Shown here: in pieces, positions 31,993-43,180 of the stretch
Position numbering within the stretch: position 1 is the first letter of the stretch
Layout: each line of letters starts with the position of its first letter
Source of the DNA: Entomortierella parvispora E1425
Lineage: Eukaryota; Fungi; Mortierellomycota
Length of the DNA stretch: 64,000 bases
Direction: 5' to 3'
NCBI GenBank assembly: GCA_020891255.1
Contig: BQFW01000011.1
Coordinates: forward strand, 1,426,001 to 1,490,000
Position numbers and translations under genes: made by a program
Notes under the pieces: model-generated
Database searches by the model: none
What the model was told of the DNA's origin: nothing
The model's input: only the letters and a program-made list of their open reading frames with translations

Positions 31993-32541
31993 CTAGAAAG
32001 AGAATCCGCAGTCGCAAGGGGAGCCGGAAGAGAAATCGAATCCGCAATCACGATGGTGATGACCAAAGCCGCCATCACAAAAGCCGCCACCCAAGAATCC
32101 ATCGCCAAAGCCGCCATCGCACCCATCGTCACAGCTGTCGTTACAGCTGTCGTCACAGCATCCGTCACAGCATCCGTCACAGCATTCGTCACAGCAGTCG
32201 CCACCGTCCCAGCGCTTAAAGACAGAAGGCACCGGGAAAGGGTATCCGGACGCAACGGGAACAGGGACTCCATAATAAGAAGGGTAAGGGATTGGGATCG
32301 TCGGTGCCACATTCACTTGAGGTGCAATATCAGTGTTTGCAATCACGTTGGAAACAGTTGTCGCTTGTGAGACTGGGTTGATGGCCATAGAAGAGCCGAG
32401 TCCTGCAGCAGGTGCGCTAGAGATGGCGGCTATATCGGGGCCGCCAATGCCTGAACCGGGAACGAGAGGAGAGGCCATAGAGTTCGCACAGAAAGAGAGC
32501 AAGCCCCCGAGGCAGATCGTGATTTTGAAGTTGGTCAACAT
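31993..32541 (-). CDS. Small secreted protein (182 aa) with signal peptide, KR site and Cys/Asp/Gly-rich C-terminal peptide
   Basis: Hydrophobic N-terminus …LGGLLSFCANSMASPL; FKR|WDGGDCCDECCDGCCDGCCDDSCNDSCDDGC…; single intronless ORF. Confidence 0.75.
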   Translation of the reverse strand: MLTNFKITICLGGLLSFCANSMASPLVPGSGIGGPDIAAISSAPAAGLGSSMAINPVSQATTVSNVIANTDIAPQVNVAPTIPIPYPSYYGVPVPVASGYPFPVPSVFKRWDGGDCCDECCDGCCDGCCDDSCNDSCDDGCDGGFGDGFLGGGFCDGGFGHHHRDCGFDFSSGSPCDCGFSF

Positions 32542-32864
32542 GGAGTATAAGATTCTTGCCTATGAGAATAAGTGAAGTCTGGATGGCTCGGTTGCTCTTG
32601 CGCTGCTTGAGAGGGCCTTTCATCAAACCTGGCCGATTATTTATACACTTTTTCACCGCACCACCCCCAACCGCCTCAGGATCCATAGTCTGTTCACTTA
32701 ATCACTCCTCCTCGCATAGACAACGTCCAGGTCGTTAATCAATCAGTCGATCAACACTCTTTGTTTGAACTTGACCGATAGAATATAGTGCTAGAGATGA
32801 TGATCCATAAAAGGCGCCGCAGCAGTCTGCTCAAAATACTGTACAATGGGTTATCCTTGCGGGT

Positions 32865-33812
32865 TTATTCACTATCAGAGCCCTTGGAAAAGCCCTTCTT
32901 CTTCTTCTTTGCCATTTTTTCAGCTCGCTGATCCAAATATGTCGAAAGGAAATCTGTGGGTCTTTTCTTGTTGATACTGCTGGAGCTGGAGTTGGAGCCT
33001 TTAGATGAGGCCGAACTTGACGCCTGATGCCCCTCTGAAGCGGCTGCCTTGAGAATAGAAGGGTGAACAGCTGCCACATATGCCTTGGCCGACTTTTGTT
33101 TCTTTTGACTTGTAGATTGGGCACTTGAAGAGTGTGAAGGAGCTGTGGCTGGACTGGATTTTTTGGACGAGGACGCAGAAGTAGCCCCAATATTCCTTGT
33201 CCGACTATCCTCTTCATCCTCTGCTTGCTGCTGGAGCTCTTTCCGTTTGGCGGCCATCATCAATTTGTGCTCCATGTATTTGTCAGGGAGCGCTTTCCTG
33301 TCAGCCTCTTCCTGCCGTTGAATCTCGCCTCCGATCACGCCTCCTGTCAATTGTCGCCTCAATTTGGACTCGAATGCATTCAAAGGAACGTGTCGCATCG
33401 CGTCCTTGTGTGAGATAAACTTTGCTCCAAGTCCCAATCTATGTTTTGATTCAATGCAACACAGAGAACGATGGGTCATTAGAAAGCCATATTCCATTGA
33501 TATCCCTCCCAAAAAAAAAAAAAGAATACAGAACTTTGCCAGAATCAAATTCCATGCTCCTTACCCTGCCTGTCGTGGTTTAACAGCTGCTGAAGCAGAG
33601 ACAAAGCTTCCGGGACTACTGGATCCAGAGTCTTCATCATCCGAAAAGGCGTCCGCAGAGAGCCAAGAGGAGACTGTGGACCTTGCTAACGAGACCGAGA
33701 CATCCAGTTGAGTCTTCAAGGCGTCCAAAGCTTCAAACTGCTCCTTGCGCTGCTTCTTTGTCAAGTGTCCTCCGACCGTCGCTCCTGTTACAGACGTTGC
33801 TTGCTCTGACAT
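32865..33812 (-). CDS. Conserved fungal hypothetical protein (DUF3245-like) with a basic C-terminal NLS, 2 exons
   Basis: …ARSTVSSWL…KPRQAG|LGLGAKF…LRRQL…; GTAAGG donor at ~33570; ends KMAKKKKKGFSKGSDSE. Confidence 0.55.
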
Positions 33813-34975
33813 TCTCTGTACGGCTGGCGTTGCTCTGTTTGGGAATGCCTGTCCGTGAATGGGGCGTGTTTATGAATGTCTCATGCACATGGTGCATGGT
33901 CCTGGCTCGTTTTGGTGGCCATTGAATTCAGTGGCTTAGTATTGACCAAAAAGTGACTGCTCTTTGTCCAGCTGGCTGCCACGGCGGCCAAGACCTAGTG
34001 GACGCGCGTGCTGTCATCACCATCCAGAGTAATGGTCCGACGATCCATGACTGAGCAATGAGCTAACGTCGTCTCCGACGGAAACCCCGCGCAGGCTCCT
34101 TCTCCCATTTCGCCGTATGGGCAACAATGTACTTTTGCTTTTTTTTTTTCTTTTTTTTTTTGTGCAGTGTGCCCCATCTCTGGGGCTAGGGGGCTGAGAT
34201 CAGCTCTGGGAATTGGTCCGTCTCCAGTAGCGGAGCACAAGGGGGGCTAGTCATCAAGCAGTGGTTGTGCATGAAAAGAGATATTTTTGGCGCATGATTG
34301 TGACCCTACTCTCGGAGCACACCTTCTCAATGTTCCGTTGGAAACAGGAACAAATCTCGGTAACACCTTTCATTCTCAACTTTATTTGGAACTAGCAAGT
34401 CTTTGCGCGCTGTGGTCGAAACCGTCAACGAGGTCACCTTGGTTTGTAGCCACTGTAACTAACTCACGCGAGTGGAACGAAGGCTCTCATCTCGCTTCTT
34501 TTTTTTTTTTTTTTTTTTGTATTGAGACTCGAAGTGTGCTCTCTACCCTCCCCTGCTCGGAAGTTGGAACGACACACAATCCTGGTCCGCGATGATGAAT
34601 GGAGGGGGAAGGTTCCCATCGATTAGCAAAAAGGGACAGTGGACAAAAGGGCGGAGTGGGTCAAGAGAGCCCTCACTGCGAGAACTACAACGCGACTTTT
34701 CTTTCTGGAAAGAATGTCTGGAATGGCAAGCCAACACTTCTATTTTAACCACACCTTTGATACAGGGAGCGGACACACAGGTGGGTTCGGCATGCTGTCA
34801 TGTTTTACGGGACTATAAAGAGGAAGCTGTCCCCAGCTCAGGGATGAACTCTTTGAACACTACCATCAAAGGATTCCCCCTACCCACTCAGTTTCAGCCT
34901 GACGTTATACCACGAACGAACATCTACTCTCCCCCACTCAACACCTCCCCTTCTTCTCCATCTAAACTCTACACA

Positions 34976-35557
34976 ATGAAGTACTCTGCCATCCTCGCCC
35001 TTGCCTCTATCGCCGTCGTCGCTGCCCAGTCTGAAGGTGCTGATGAGGGCCGTCTCTACTACTCCGAGCCCATCACCAGCACTGTGTGGACTGCTGGCAA
35101 GAACCACACCGTCTCTTGGACAAATGTCTGCAAATCCGAGAACACTGGTGATCTCAACATCGTCCTCTACAAGGGCACCGGCGGCATCAACGACACTGAA
35201 CAGGTCCGTGTCCCCGGAATCTCAGCCATTGGCAAACTCAACTGCTTGAAGAGTAAGTCGGCCACCGTCACTCTCCCCGCCAACTTGACCACCAGCAACG
35301 TCTACGCGATCCATGTCGACACTGAGCCCCTCCAGTCGTACTCTTCCCACTTCACCATCCAGGGCATTGACCCCGTGACTACCGCTCCTGTCACCGCCCC
35401 CGCCACTGCCTCTTCCGCTGCCGCCACCTCGGGAGGTGCTAGCGCAACCACCTCGGGCTCCTCCAACCCCACTGACAAGCCTAACGGTGCTGGTTCCCTT
35501 AAGGTCGTTGGTTCTTCTGCCATGGTTGTCCTTGCTGCGATCGCCATGATGTTCTAG
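34976..35557 (+). CDS. Secreted, probably GPI-anchored Ser/Thr-rich protein with a Kre9/Knh1-like Ig domain
   Basis: Signal peptide MKYSAILALASIAVVAAQ; EPITSTVWTAGKNHTVSW…YAIHV…SYSSHFTI; S/T/A-rich stalk; NGAGSLK plus hydrophobic tail. Confidence 0.85.
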   Translation: MKYSAILALASIAVVAAQSEGADEGRLYYSEPITSTVWTAGKNHTVSWTNVCKSENTGDLNIVLYKGTGGINDTEQVRVPGISAIGKLNCLKSKSATVTLPANLTTSNVYAIHVDTEPLQSYSSHFTIQGIDPVTTAPVTAPATASSAAATSGGASATTSGSSNPTDKPNGAGSLKVVGSSAMVVLAAIAMMF

Positions 35558-36024
35558 AGATAGAAAGAACAGAACAACGCAAAAAAAAACATACATACCA
35601 TCGCATCTGAGATCTGGTTTGTACCCTTAATTACCCTATGTAGAATAAAAAAAGTCCCAATAATCAAATCAAATCGATCTGATCTTTGTAAAAGGCAATA
35701 TCCGATGTGACACTGAGTGAATTTTGGGTTTGATGTTGATATGATACGATATGAGATGATCCGTGCCTGATTTGAAGGTGATCATGGAGGGAAGGCGTCG
35801 TCCGTGACGGGTGCCATGGCTTGCCTTCCCCACTGCGCAGGGCCAATTGGCTGCCCTATAAAAGAGGAAGCTTACTCCTCTTTCTCTTCTCTCCCTATCT
35901 TCACCCATTCACTCACATCACCCTCAAACGCACGCACACCGATCTTTTCTGTCGCAGAAACATAACTTCCCCTTGCGCTCTCTTTTTCCCACGCACTTCA
36001 TACCCACACATATATACAACAACA

Positions 36025-37387
36025 ATGGTTTACCTTTGGCTTAGAGCAGAGACCAAGGCTATGGAGCACCGCGCTGCCTTGACCCCTTCCACCTGCAAGA
36101 CTCTTCTCGACCGCGGATTCAGGATCACAGTAGAACGCTCGCGCGAGCGCATCTTTGATGACGAAGAATACGAAAAGTAAGGGTCCTTTCTTTTTTTTTT
36201 TTCATCTTTCATCCTCCGATCGTCCTCCTTTACTAATCTTTTCTTTTTTCTCCCCTACCTTCTTGCACCTAGGGTCGGATGTCATATGGTCCCTATCGGA
36301 GAATGGCGCAAGGCCCCTGAAGACGCCTATATTGTCGGCTTGAAGGAACTTCCCGAGGGCGAGACGGATCCTTTGCGTCACACCCACATCTTCTTTGCTC
36401 ATTGTTTCAAGAACCAGGGAGGCTGGACTGATATCCTGGGACGTTTTCATGAGGGCAAGGGCACCATCTTGGATCTCGAATTCTTGAACGATGGCAATGG
36501 ACGTCGTGTCGCCGCTTTTGGATACCACGCTGGATTTGCTGGCGCCGCCATCGGTGTCGACGACTGGTGCCATCAGAAGCTCAACCCCGGTCAGCCCCTG
36601 CCCCCTTACAAGCCCTTCCCCAACGAGGCTACATTGATCTCTCATATCAAGGAGCGTCTCGGAAGAGCAGGTAAATTCATCGTCCTCGGGACGAGGACAA
36701 AGAGATCTGATCTGGGAGAAAGCGAACAAAAAAAAAAAAAAAAAAAATGTGGGGGATCAGAAGATTATCGAATCGAATCGAATGGCTCACTTTTTTTTAA
36801 CATTTTGAAACTTTTTTTTTTTTTTAGTTGCTTTGAACAACAACCAAGTTCCCGAAGTCATGGTCATGGGAGCTTTGGGACGTTGTGGAAAGGGCGCTTG
36901 CGATTTCGCCAAGGCCGTGGGCATTCCTGAGGAGAAGATTATCCGTTGGGATATGGCCGAGACCAAGGAGGGAGGACCCTTCCCCCGCATCTTGCAGTCC
37001 GAGATCTTTGTCAACTGCATCTACCTGAACCAGCCCATCCCTCCCTTCTTTACCCCTGCCATGTTGGATGGAGAAAGAAAGCTGTCGGTAATCGTCGATG
37101 TCTCCTGCGATACCACCAACCCACACAACCCCATCCCCGTCTACTCTGTCAACACCACCTTTGACAAGGCCGTGGTTGAGGTCGTGACAAAGAACAAGGA
37201 TCTGCCCCTTGACGTCTGCTCCATTGATCACTTGCCCACCTTGCTGCCAAGAGAGTCCAGCGAAGCCTTCTCAAGAGATTTGCTTCCTACCATCATTGAC
37301 TTGGAGCGCCGTGATCAGAGCCCCGTCTGGGGAGGCGCCGAGGCCCTCTTCCATGAGAAGGTCAAGTCAATGAAGGCACTCCATTAA
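36025..37387 (+). CDS. LYS1: Saccharopine dehydrogenase (NAD+, L-lysine-forming), 3 exons
   Basis: LWLRAETKAMEHRAALTP, IVGLKELPE, HIFFAHCFKNQGGW, VAAFGYHAGFAGAA, VMGALGRCGKGA, DVSCDTTNPHNPIP, SIDHLPTLLPRESS. Confidence 0.97.
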
Positions 37388-37465
37388 AACACCTGCATAT
37401 AACAATAAACCAACCCACCTTGTATTTTTTCATCTCAATTGGTTTTTTATTTGTACCCTTTCCGA

Positions 37466-39106
37466 CTATTTCGCGCCAGGTCGTTTCAACTGAAACCCGC
37501 CAATCTTCATCTTGATCGGCTGGAATCCCATCTTTGGCACTCCAGTCTCGGATGGTTGCGCTGAGGAAGGTGCCGTAGACGACCCTGCAAGGGCGAATGC
37601 ACTTGCATCCTCGGGTTCGTCGTCATCGACAGGTTGGAATCCACCGAGCTTGACAGCCTTGAACCCTCCTCCGCCCAATTTCACGGGTTGGAAACCTCCT
37701 AGTTTGACCGGCTGAAACCCATTGGTGCCTTGGGTGGTAGGAGTGGGTGTCGAAATTCCTGTGCTTGCTGGGGTTGTGTTTCGTGAAGAGTCCGAGACGC
37801 CGATCTGGGGTGAGGCAACAGACTGAAATCCAGATAGTTTTATGGGCTGGAATCCTGATGATGGTGCTGACCCTGATGGCGTCACGGTGGGTGGAGCAGG
37901 GGAAGATGCAGGAGGAGCTTGGGTTGTGGGGGTAGATGATACACCTGCTCTTTTAAGTGCTGCCTCTTGCATCCTGGCGAGCTCTCTCTCTTCTCTTTTA
38001 CGTTCCTTGTCCTTGATCTTATTGTTGGCACTAGCAGCGCCTGCACGGCTTGTCTCCTTCATATCTTTGAAACGCTATTAGAAAGATCGCGTTATTGGGT
38101 CGTCCAGGAACATGGGTTAGGGTTTCACAAGTCTTCGATCTACAACTCCAACATCACACTCAGAAGCAAAGGCATGCGCTGACCTTCTTGTGATTGTGGT
38201 CATATGAACTAAGATGAACTTCGAAATCAGAGATGCGCTCATACTGCTTATCGCATAGTGCACAATAAAACGCAGACTTGACAGCCTCCAGCTCTGCCTG
38301 AATGGCCTTTTGCTGCTCGACTTGGGCCTGAAAAATAAATGAGACGAGGGTGAGTACAGTGAATTCTGCTCTGGGTCATCATCCGCAGCCAGGCCCACGC
38401 CCAGCGAGAATTTACGCCAAATATTTTTACCTCTCGTTTAATTCTTTCGTGCTCTGTCTCCGCGGCCTGTCGTTCAACCTCAAGCGCTTTCCTCTGGGCG
38501 GTACTGTTTTCTGTGTACCATCTGTCAACCTCTTGCTTTCCGATTCCCAAGGCGTCATTCTTGCGTTCAATAGGGATCGGTGCAGTCCGACCTAATGGGT
38601 GAGCAAGTGTAAATGACAGTCAGCTTTTAGAAACCTTGGAGAACCAAAGATGCTCCTTATTGAAATAACCTTACCCGATGCGTTTTGTCCAAGCCCTGTT
38701 CCTGCTTTCCATCCCATCTTAAGAAGCAGTCGATATCCAATATTGCTCTCTGGAATATGGGTCTCCATGCTGGCGGCCTCTGTTTGATATCTGGACGCAT
38801 GTTCATCATCGTCACTGTAGCTTAGATCTGAGTCGGACTCGGAAGATCCTGTGGGCCGATGTTTAGCTCGAATAGCATCTCTGGTCTGTGGAGGAGTGAA
38901 GGAAGAGAAGGTTGTTCCCGAAGGAAGACAAAAGATGGATAAGATCTGGCGTTTCTCTTGTGTCCCTAGCGATTCTAGAAAGAATACTGTCGAGGAAGGA
39001 GGGTAATAGGCGGGTACATCAACCTTACTTGTGCCAGCTGTTCTAGTTCTTGACGGTAAAAGCGTTGGACTTGTTGTTGTTGCTGTTGCGGGGGGAATTG
39101 TTGCAT
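37466..39106 (-). CDS. G-patch + C2H2 (U1-type) zinc-finger protein (GPATCH8/ZNF804-like architecture), multi-exon
   Basis: G-patch ESNIGYRLLLKMGWKAGTGLGQNASG|RTAPI; LGIGKQE; finger FYCALCDKQY…FEVHLSSYDHNHKK|RFKDMKE; C-terminal GFQP[IV]K repeats. Confidence 0.85.
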
Positions 39107-39379
39107 GGTGGAATGCCGAGGTGTAATGAAGAAAACAAACAGATGCAACATGCGAAAGACCCTGAAAAACGCAAGTAATTTTAAAATATCTCTAATAAAA
39201 TAAACCGACAATTGAACTATCCCAGGTCTGAACAAACGCGCCTTTTCATTTTTTCCTTTTTCATTCATTCGCCCTTCACTGCCCCTCTTGCCTCCACTCC
39301 CTTGACCACTTACACTCACAGGAACATCCAATATTACAAGGTACGGCTACTGTGTGCTTACGTTTTGGTCTACCTTCTT

Positions 39380-39860
39380 TCGCCTGCCCTCTCTGTATCC
39401 TGGCTTCTGTTGGGGCAATGAACATTACCTCAATGGACTGATTTCAGGACTCCAGGAGGCACGGGTTAGCTTCGTGATCTTTGCCCGTCATGCGGCACGC
39501 TTTCATTCATTGCAAGCCTCCTGCATTGTCCGCCACTGTTCTCGTCCCGAACAAAGGGACGTCTGCGACTGGCCGAGAGAAAGCAACTGAGCGCAAAACC
39601 CAGTCTGCGAAACTGTTGTAGCACTTTGTTGCTATGGAACCCCTTCCTCCAAGTCAGGTTTGCCTGCCCTGCTTTTTAACCTGGCTTCTGTTGGATGCGG
39701 ATCCTCGCCTCCAACGGACTGATTTCAGGTCCCAAGAGATGTGGGTTAGATTTCGTGGTCACTGCACGTATTGCTGCACGCGCTTCGGAGTACTTTCAGA
39801 AACGCCTCCCGCATGTCCTCCTTTGATCTTGCCCCTGTCATAAATTTTTATGGCTGGAGC
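39380..39860. repeat. Diverged tandem duplication (~280-bp period), probable gene relic
   Basis: Shared blocks GCCTGCCCT…CCTGGCTTCTGTTGG and GGACTGATTTCAGG…GGGTTAG occur at ~39382-39470 and ~39662-39750. Confidence 0.6.
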
Positions 39861-39965
39861 GTTGCGACTGGCAAACGACATAAAACACCAACGATAAGTC
39901 CTATTGCAAAGGTTGGTCAAGACATCTCTAACACATTCTTTTTATATACTATTGGAGCCAACTAG

Positions 39966-40358
39966 TTGTATGAGAAAATGGCAAGCTCCGGATGTCCCGC
40001 TGAAACTGGGTGGCGTGCAGAAATCAATGCAAAACGGCCAGGTGCAACGTACTTTTTAGCGCAAGGAGGCCGACTACGATTTGACCCTGCAGAATATATC
40101 GAATATCGATCATTGGAACGGGAATCGTCTGTCACTTTGCGTCGTGAATGGGCGAAATGGCTACGGGACCTCAATAACAGCTCCTTTGAACACGTTCGCA
40201 GAACGGCGGCGGCGGCACGGAGAATGACACAAGACCACCTGGACAATTATTATATCGACAGAATCGTCAAGAAACGAAAACTGGATGTTTTGGAGTCTGC
40301 TGCAGAACAACTCGCATATGCCGACCGAGAACTTACAGCACTTCTAGCTGGTTTGTAA
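39966..40358 (+). CDS. Orphan 130-aa ORF, possibly the 3' remnant of a lineage-specific gene
   Basis: Protein-like composition (…REWAKWLRDLNNSSFEHVRR…), but no recognisable domain, and the upstream region is stop-ridden. Confidence 0.35.
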   Translation: MYEKMASSGCPAETGWRAEINAKRPGATYFLAQGGRLRFDPAEYIEYRSLERESSVTLRREWAKWLRDLNNSSFEHVRRTAAAARRMTQDHLDNYYIDRIVKKRKLDVLESAAEQLAYADRELTALLAGL

Positions 40359-40828
40359 AATCATATGAATGAAAGGAGGTACAAAGGAACGTGTGATGAT
40401 GTCTGTCTAAACTCTTCACTGTCAATACGATAGTGAGGTCAGCAAAAATACCACCAGCAACAGTGGTGGCGGTGTCAAAATCGACAAACACAGAGATGCC
40501 GAACGCTGTGGAGGAAGGGGTGGAGAGGCAAAATGACTAACAAGCACGAAAAAACGATGGGGAATTGGACGACTTGGTTGCCTCCACCCCTGATGCGGCT
40601 CTCGGAAAGGTTTGTGCTGTATGCTGTTCCAAGGATGATTTTATGAATAATAGCCTATCATCTTTACTACACCGGAAATTTTTATTCAATAAACATATTA
40701 TCCCAGGTGGCGCTCCTGTTCCAACAACTGCTCTTTGTCTCTCTTTTCGCGTCCGGCCCCTTTGAGGATCAACCGACAATCCAACCCCAATCCCTCCTTT
40801 CAACAAACCAGGACAACAAAGCGGAACG

Positions 40829-42998
40829 ATGACTATTCAGATTGTCCCTCTTGGAGCAGGCCAGGATGTCGGTCGCAGTTGTATTCTCATCACAATCGGC
40901 GGCAAGAACATTATGCTCGACTGTGGCATGCACATGGGCTTTAATGGTACCCAACTCCTTTGCACAATGTCACTCGGAAAACCCAGAGAAGAAGCAAAAG
41001 ATCAATAACATGTGTATGGCCACCTGTAACTTACCTGTCCATCTTTCCTATACACTAGACGAACGCCGGTTCCCCGACTTTTCCTACATTTCAAAAACGG
41101 GCGACTTTACAGAGATGCTCGACTGTGTAATCATTAGTCACTTTCACTTGGACCACTGTGGCGCCTTACCCTTCTTCACGGAAATGTGCGGCTACGACGG
41201 CAATATCTATATGACCCACCCGACCAAGGCTATCTGCCCGATTCTGTTGGAGGACTACCGCAAGATTTCAGTGGATCGCAAGGGAGAAAGGAATTTCTTT
41301 ACCAGTCAAAACATCAAGGATTGTATGAAGAAGGTCATTGCCGTCAACCTCCACCAGACCATCATGGTCGATGACGACCTTGAGATCTGCGCCTATTATG
41401 CAGGACATGTTCTTGGAGCCGCCATGTTTTATATCCGAGTCGGCGAGGAATCTCTGGTTTATACGGGCGACTACAACATGACACCAGATCGACACTTGGG
41501 CAGTGCCTGGATCGACAAAGTCCGACCTGATGTCCTGATCACGGAATCCACCTATGCTACCACGATCCGAGACTCGAAGCGATCCCGAGAACGTGATTTC
41601 TTGAAGAAGGTCCACGACTGTGTGGCCGATGGAGGCAATGTGATCATCCCCGTGTTCGCGTTAGGACGTGCTCAGGAACTATGCATCTTGATCGAGACTT
41701 ACTGGGAACGCATGGATCTCAAGGTGCCCATCTATTTTTCGGCCGGTCTGACAGAGAAGGCAAACCATTTCTATCGACTGTTTATCAACTGGACCAACGA
41801 AAAGATCAAGAGCACGTTCGTGCACAGGAACATGTTTGATTTTAAACATATCAAGGCATGGGATCGGTCTTATTTGGATTCTCCGGGACCCATGGTCGTC
41901 TTTGCGACCCCAGGCATGTTGCACAGTGGTACCTCTTTGGAGCTGTTCAAGAAATGGGCGCCGGATCCCAAGAATATGGTCATTATGCCCGGCTACTGTG
42001 TGGCAGGCACGGTTGGATCCAAGGTCTTGGCAGGAGAGAAGAGGATTCAGATCGACTCTTTTACATCTGTGGATGTAAACTTGCAGGTCAAGAACTTGTC
42101 GTTCAGTGCACACGCGGACGCTAAGGGTATCATGCAGTTGATTCGACAGTGTGAAGCCAAGAACGTGGTCTTGGTCCACGGTGAAAAGTCTTCGATGGGG
42201 TTCCTGAAATCGAGAATCATGACAGAGTTTGGTATCCCTTGCTTTGACCCAGCGAACGGAGAGACGATCAGTGTGGAAACCAGCCATGTGATCCCCATCG
42301 AGATGTCGGCCAGCCTACTCAAACAGCATTTGATCCGACAGGCAGAGGCTCAACAGGAGCCTGGATTGGCCTCGTCCAGCAGTCCGTCGGACAGTTCGGA
42401 TGACAATGTAGAGCCAGGGTCAGTCCATCACAAACCTCCCAAGGCCGCCTCATCTATTCGACCTAAGGATAAGGTTCTTATTCAGGGAATGCTGGTCATG
42501 GATGACGGCAAGCCCATTAGACTGGAGGACGCTGACGAGGTCTTGGATCGGGTGGGAATGGCGAGACACAAAGTCCGGTTCGAGGTCAGGAAACCCTACA
42601 ACGCCACTGCCCTCCGACTCTCGGTCGAAGAAGCCGCAAGTAAAATGAAGTCTTCATTAGAGGAAGGACCGACCGCCATGGAAACGGACGACAACGAATT
42701 AGCTACAGCATCTGCTCCCCCCACTGCCTCCGTTTCGTTTGATTCCTTCAAGGATTGGGATTCTGATAGCTACGCTTTGGATTTGGTGTTTGTGGCTCTG
42801 CAAAAGTCGATTGGAAGTCACATCAAGTTGTCCAGGGAAGGCAGTTCAATCGTGGTGAGGAGTGTCAAGATCAGGGCGCCCACGGCACTGGATGATTTTG
42901 AACAGGGTGGACTGTTGGTGGGCTGGGATTATGAGGACGAGGATCTTGCCACCAGAGTGCTCCTAGTTGTCACCCTGGCTTTGAACGTGAGCCGATAA
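40829..42998 (+). CDS. INTS11: Integrator complex subunit 11 (CPSF3-like beta-CASP endonuclease); exons 40829-40946 and 41059-42998
   Basis: [14 protein letters not shown]…[15 protein letters not shown]|[11 protein letters not shown]…[13 protein letters not shown]…[11 protein letters not shown]…DRHLG…FSAHAD. These are INTS11-type rather than CPSF73/Ysh1-type signatures. Confidence 0.92.
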
Positions 42999-43180
42999 GT
43001 CCTCACGATCCCTACTCCTTTTCTCTATCCACCTCTCTTTCCCTCATTCATCTGAATGCATACCATTGTTCACTCTTTTGTAAATACATTTAAAAATCGC
43101 CTTCTATTGACCTTGACACAAAATTCTGGACTGAACATCAATGACATGCAATTCATTAGATCAAATGTACGATGCAGTGT

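Noticed and set aside
37376-37387. Peroxisomal PTS1 on LYS1, as in yeast
   Set aside because: The C-terminus is -ALH, not a PTS1 consensus, and read-through of the TAA gives no PTS1.
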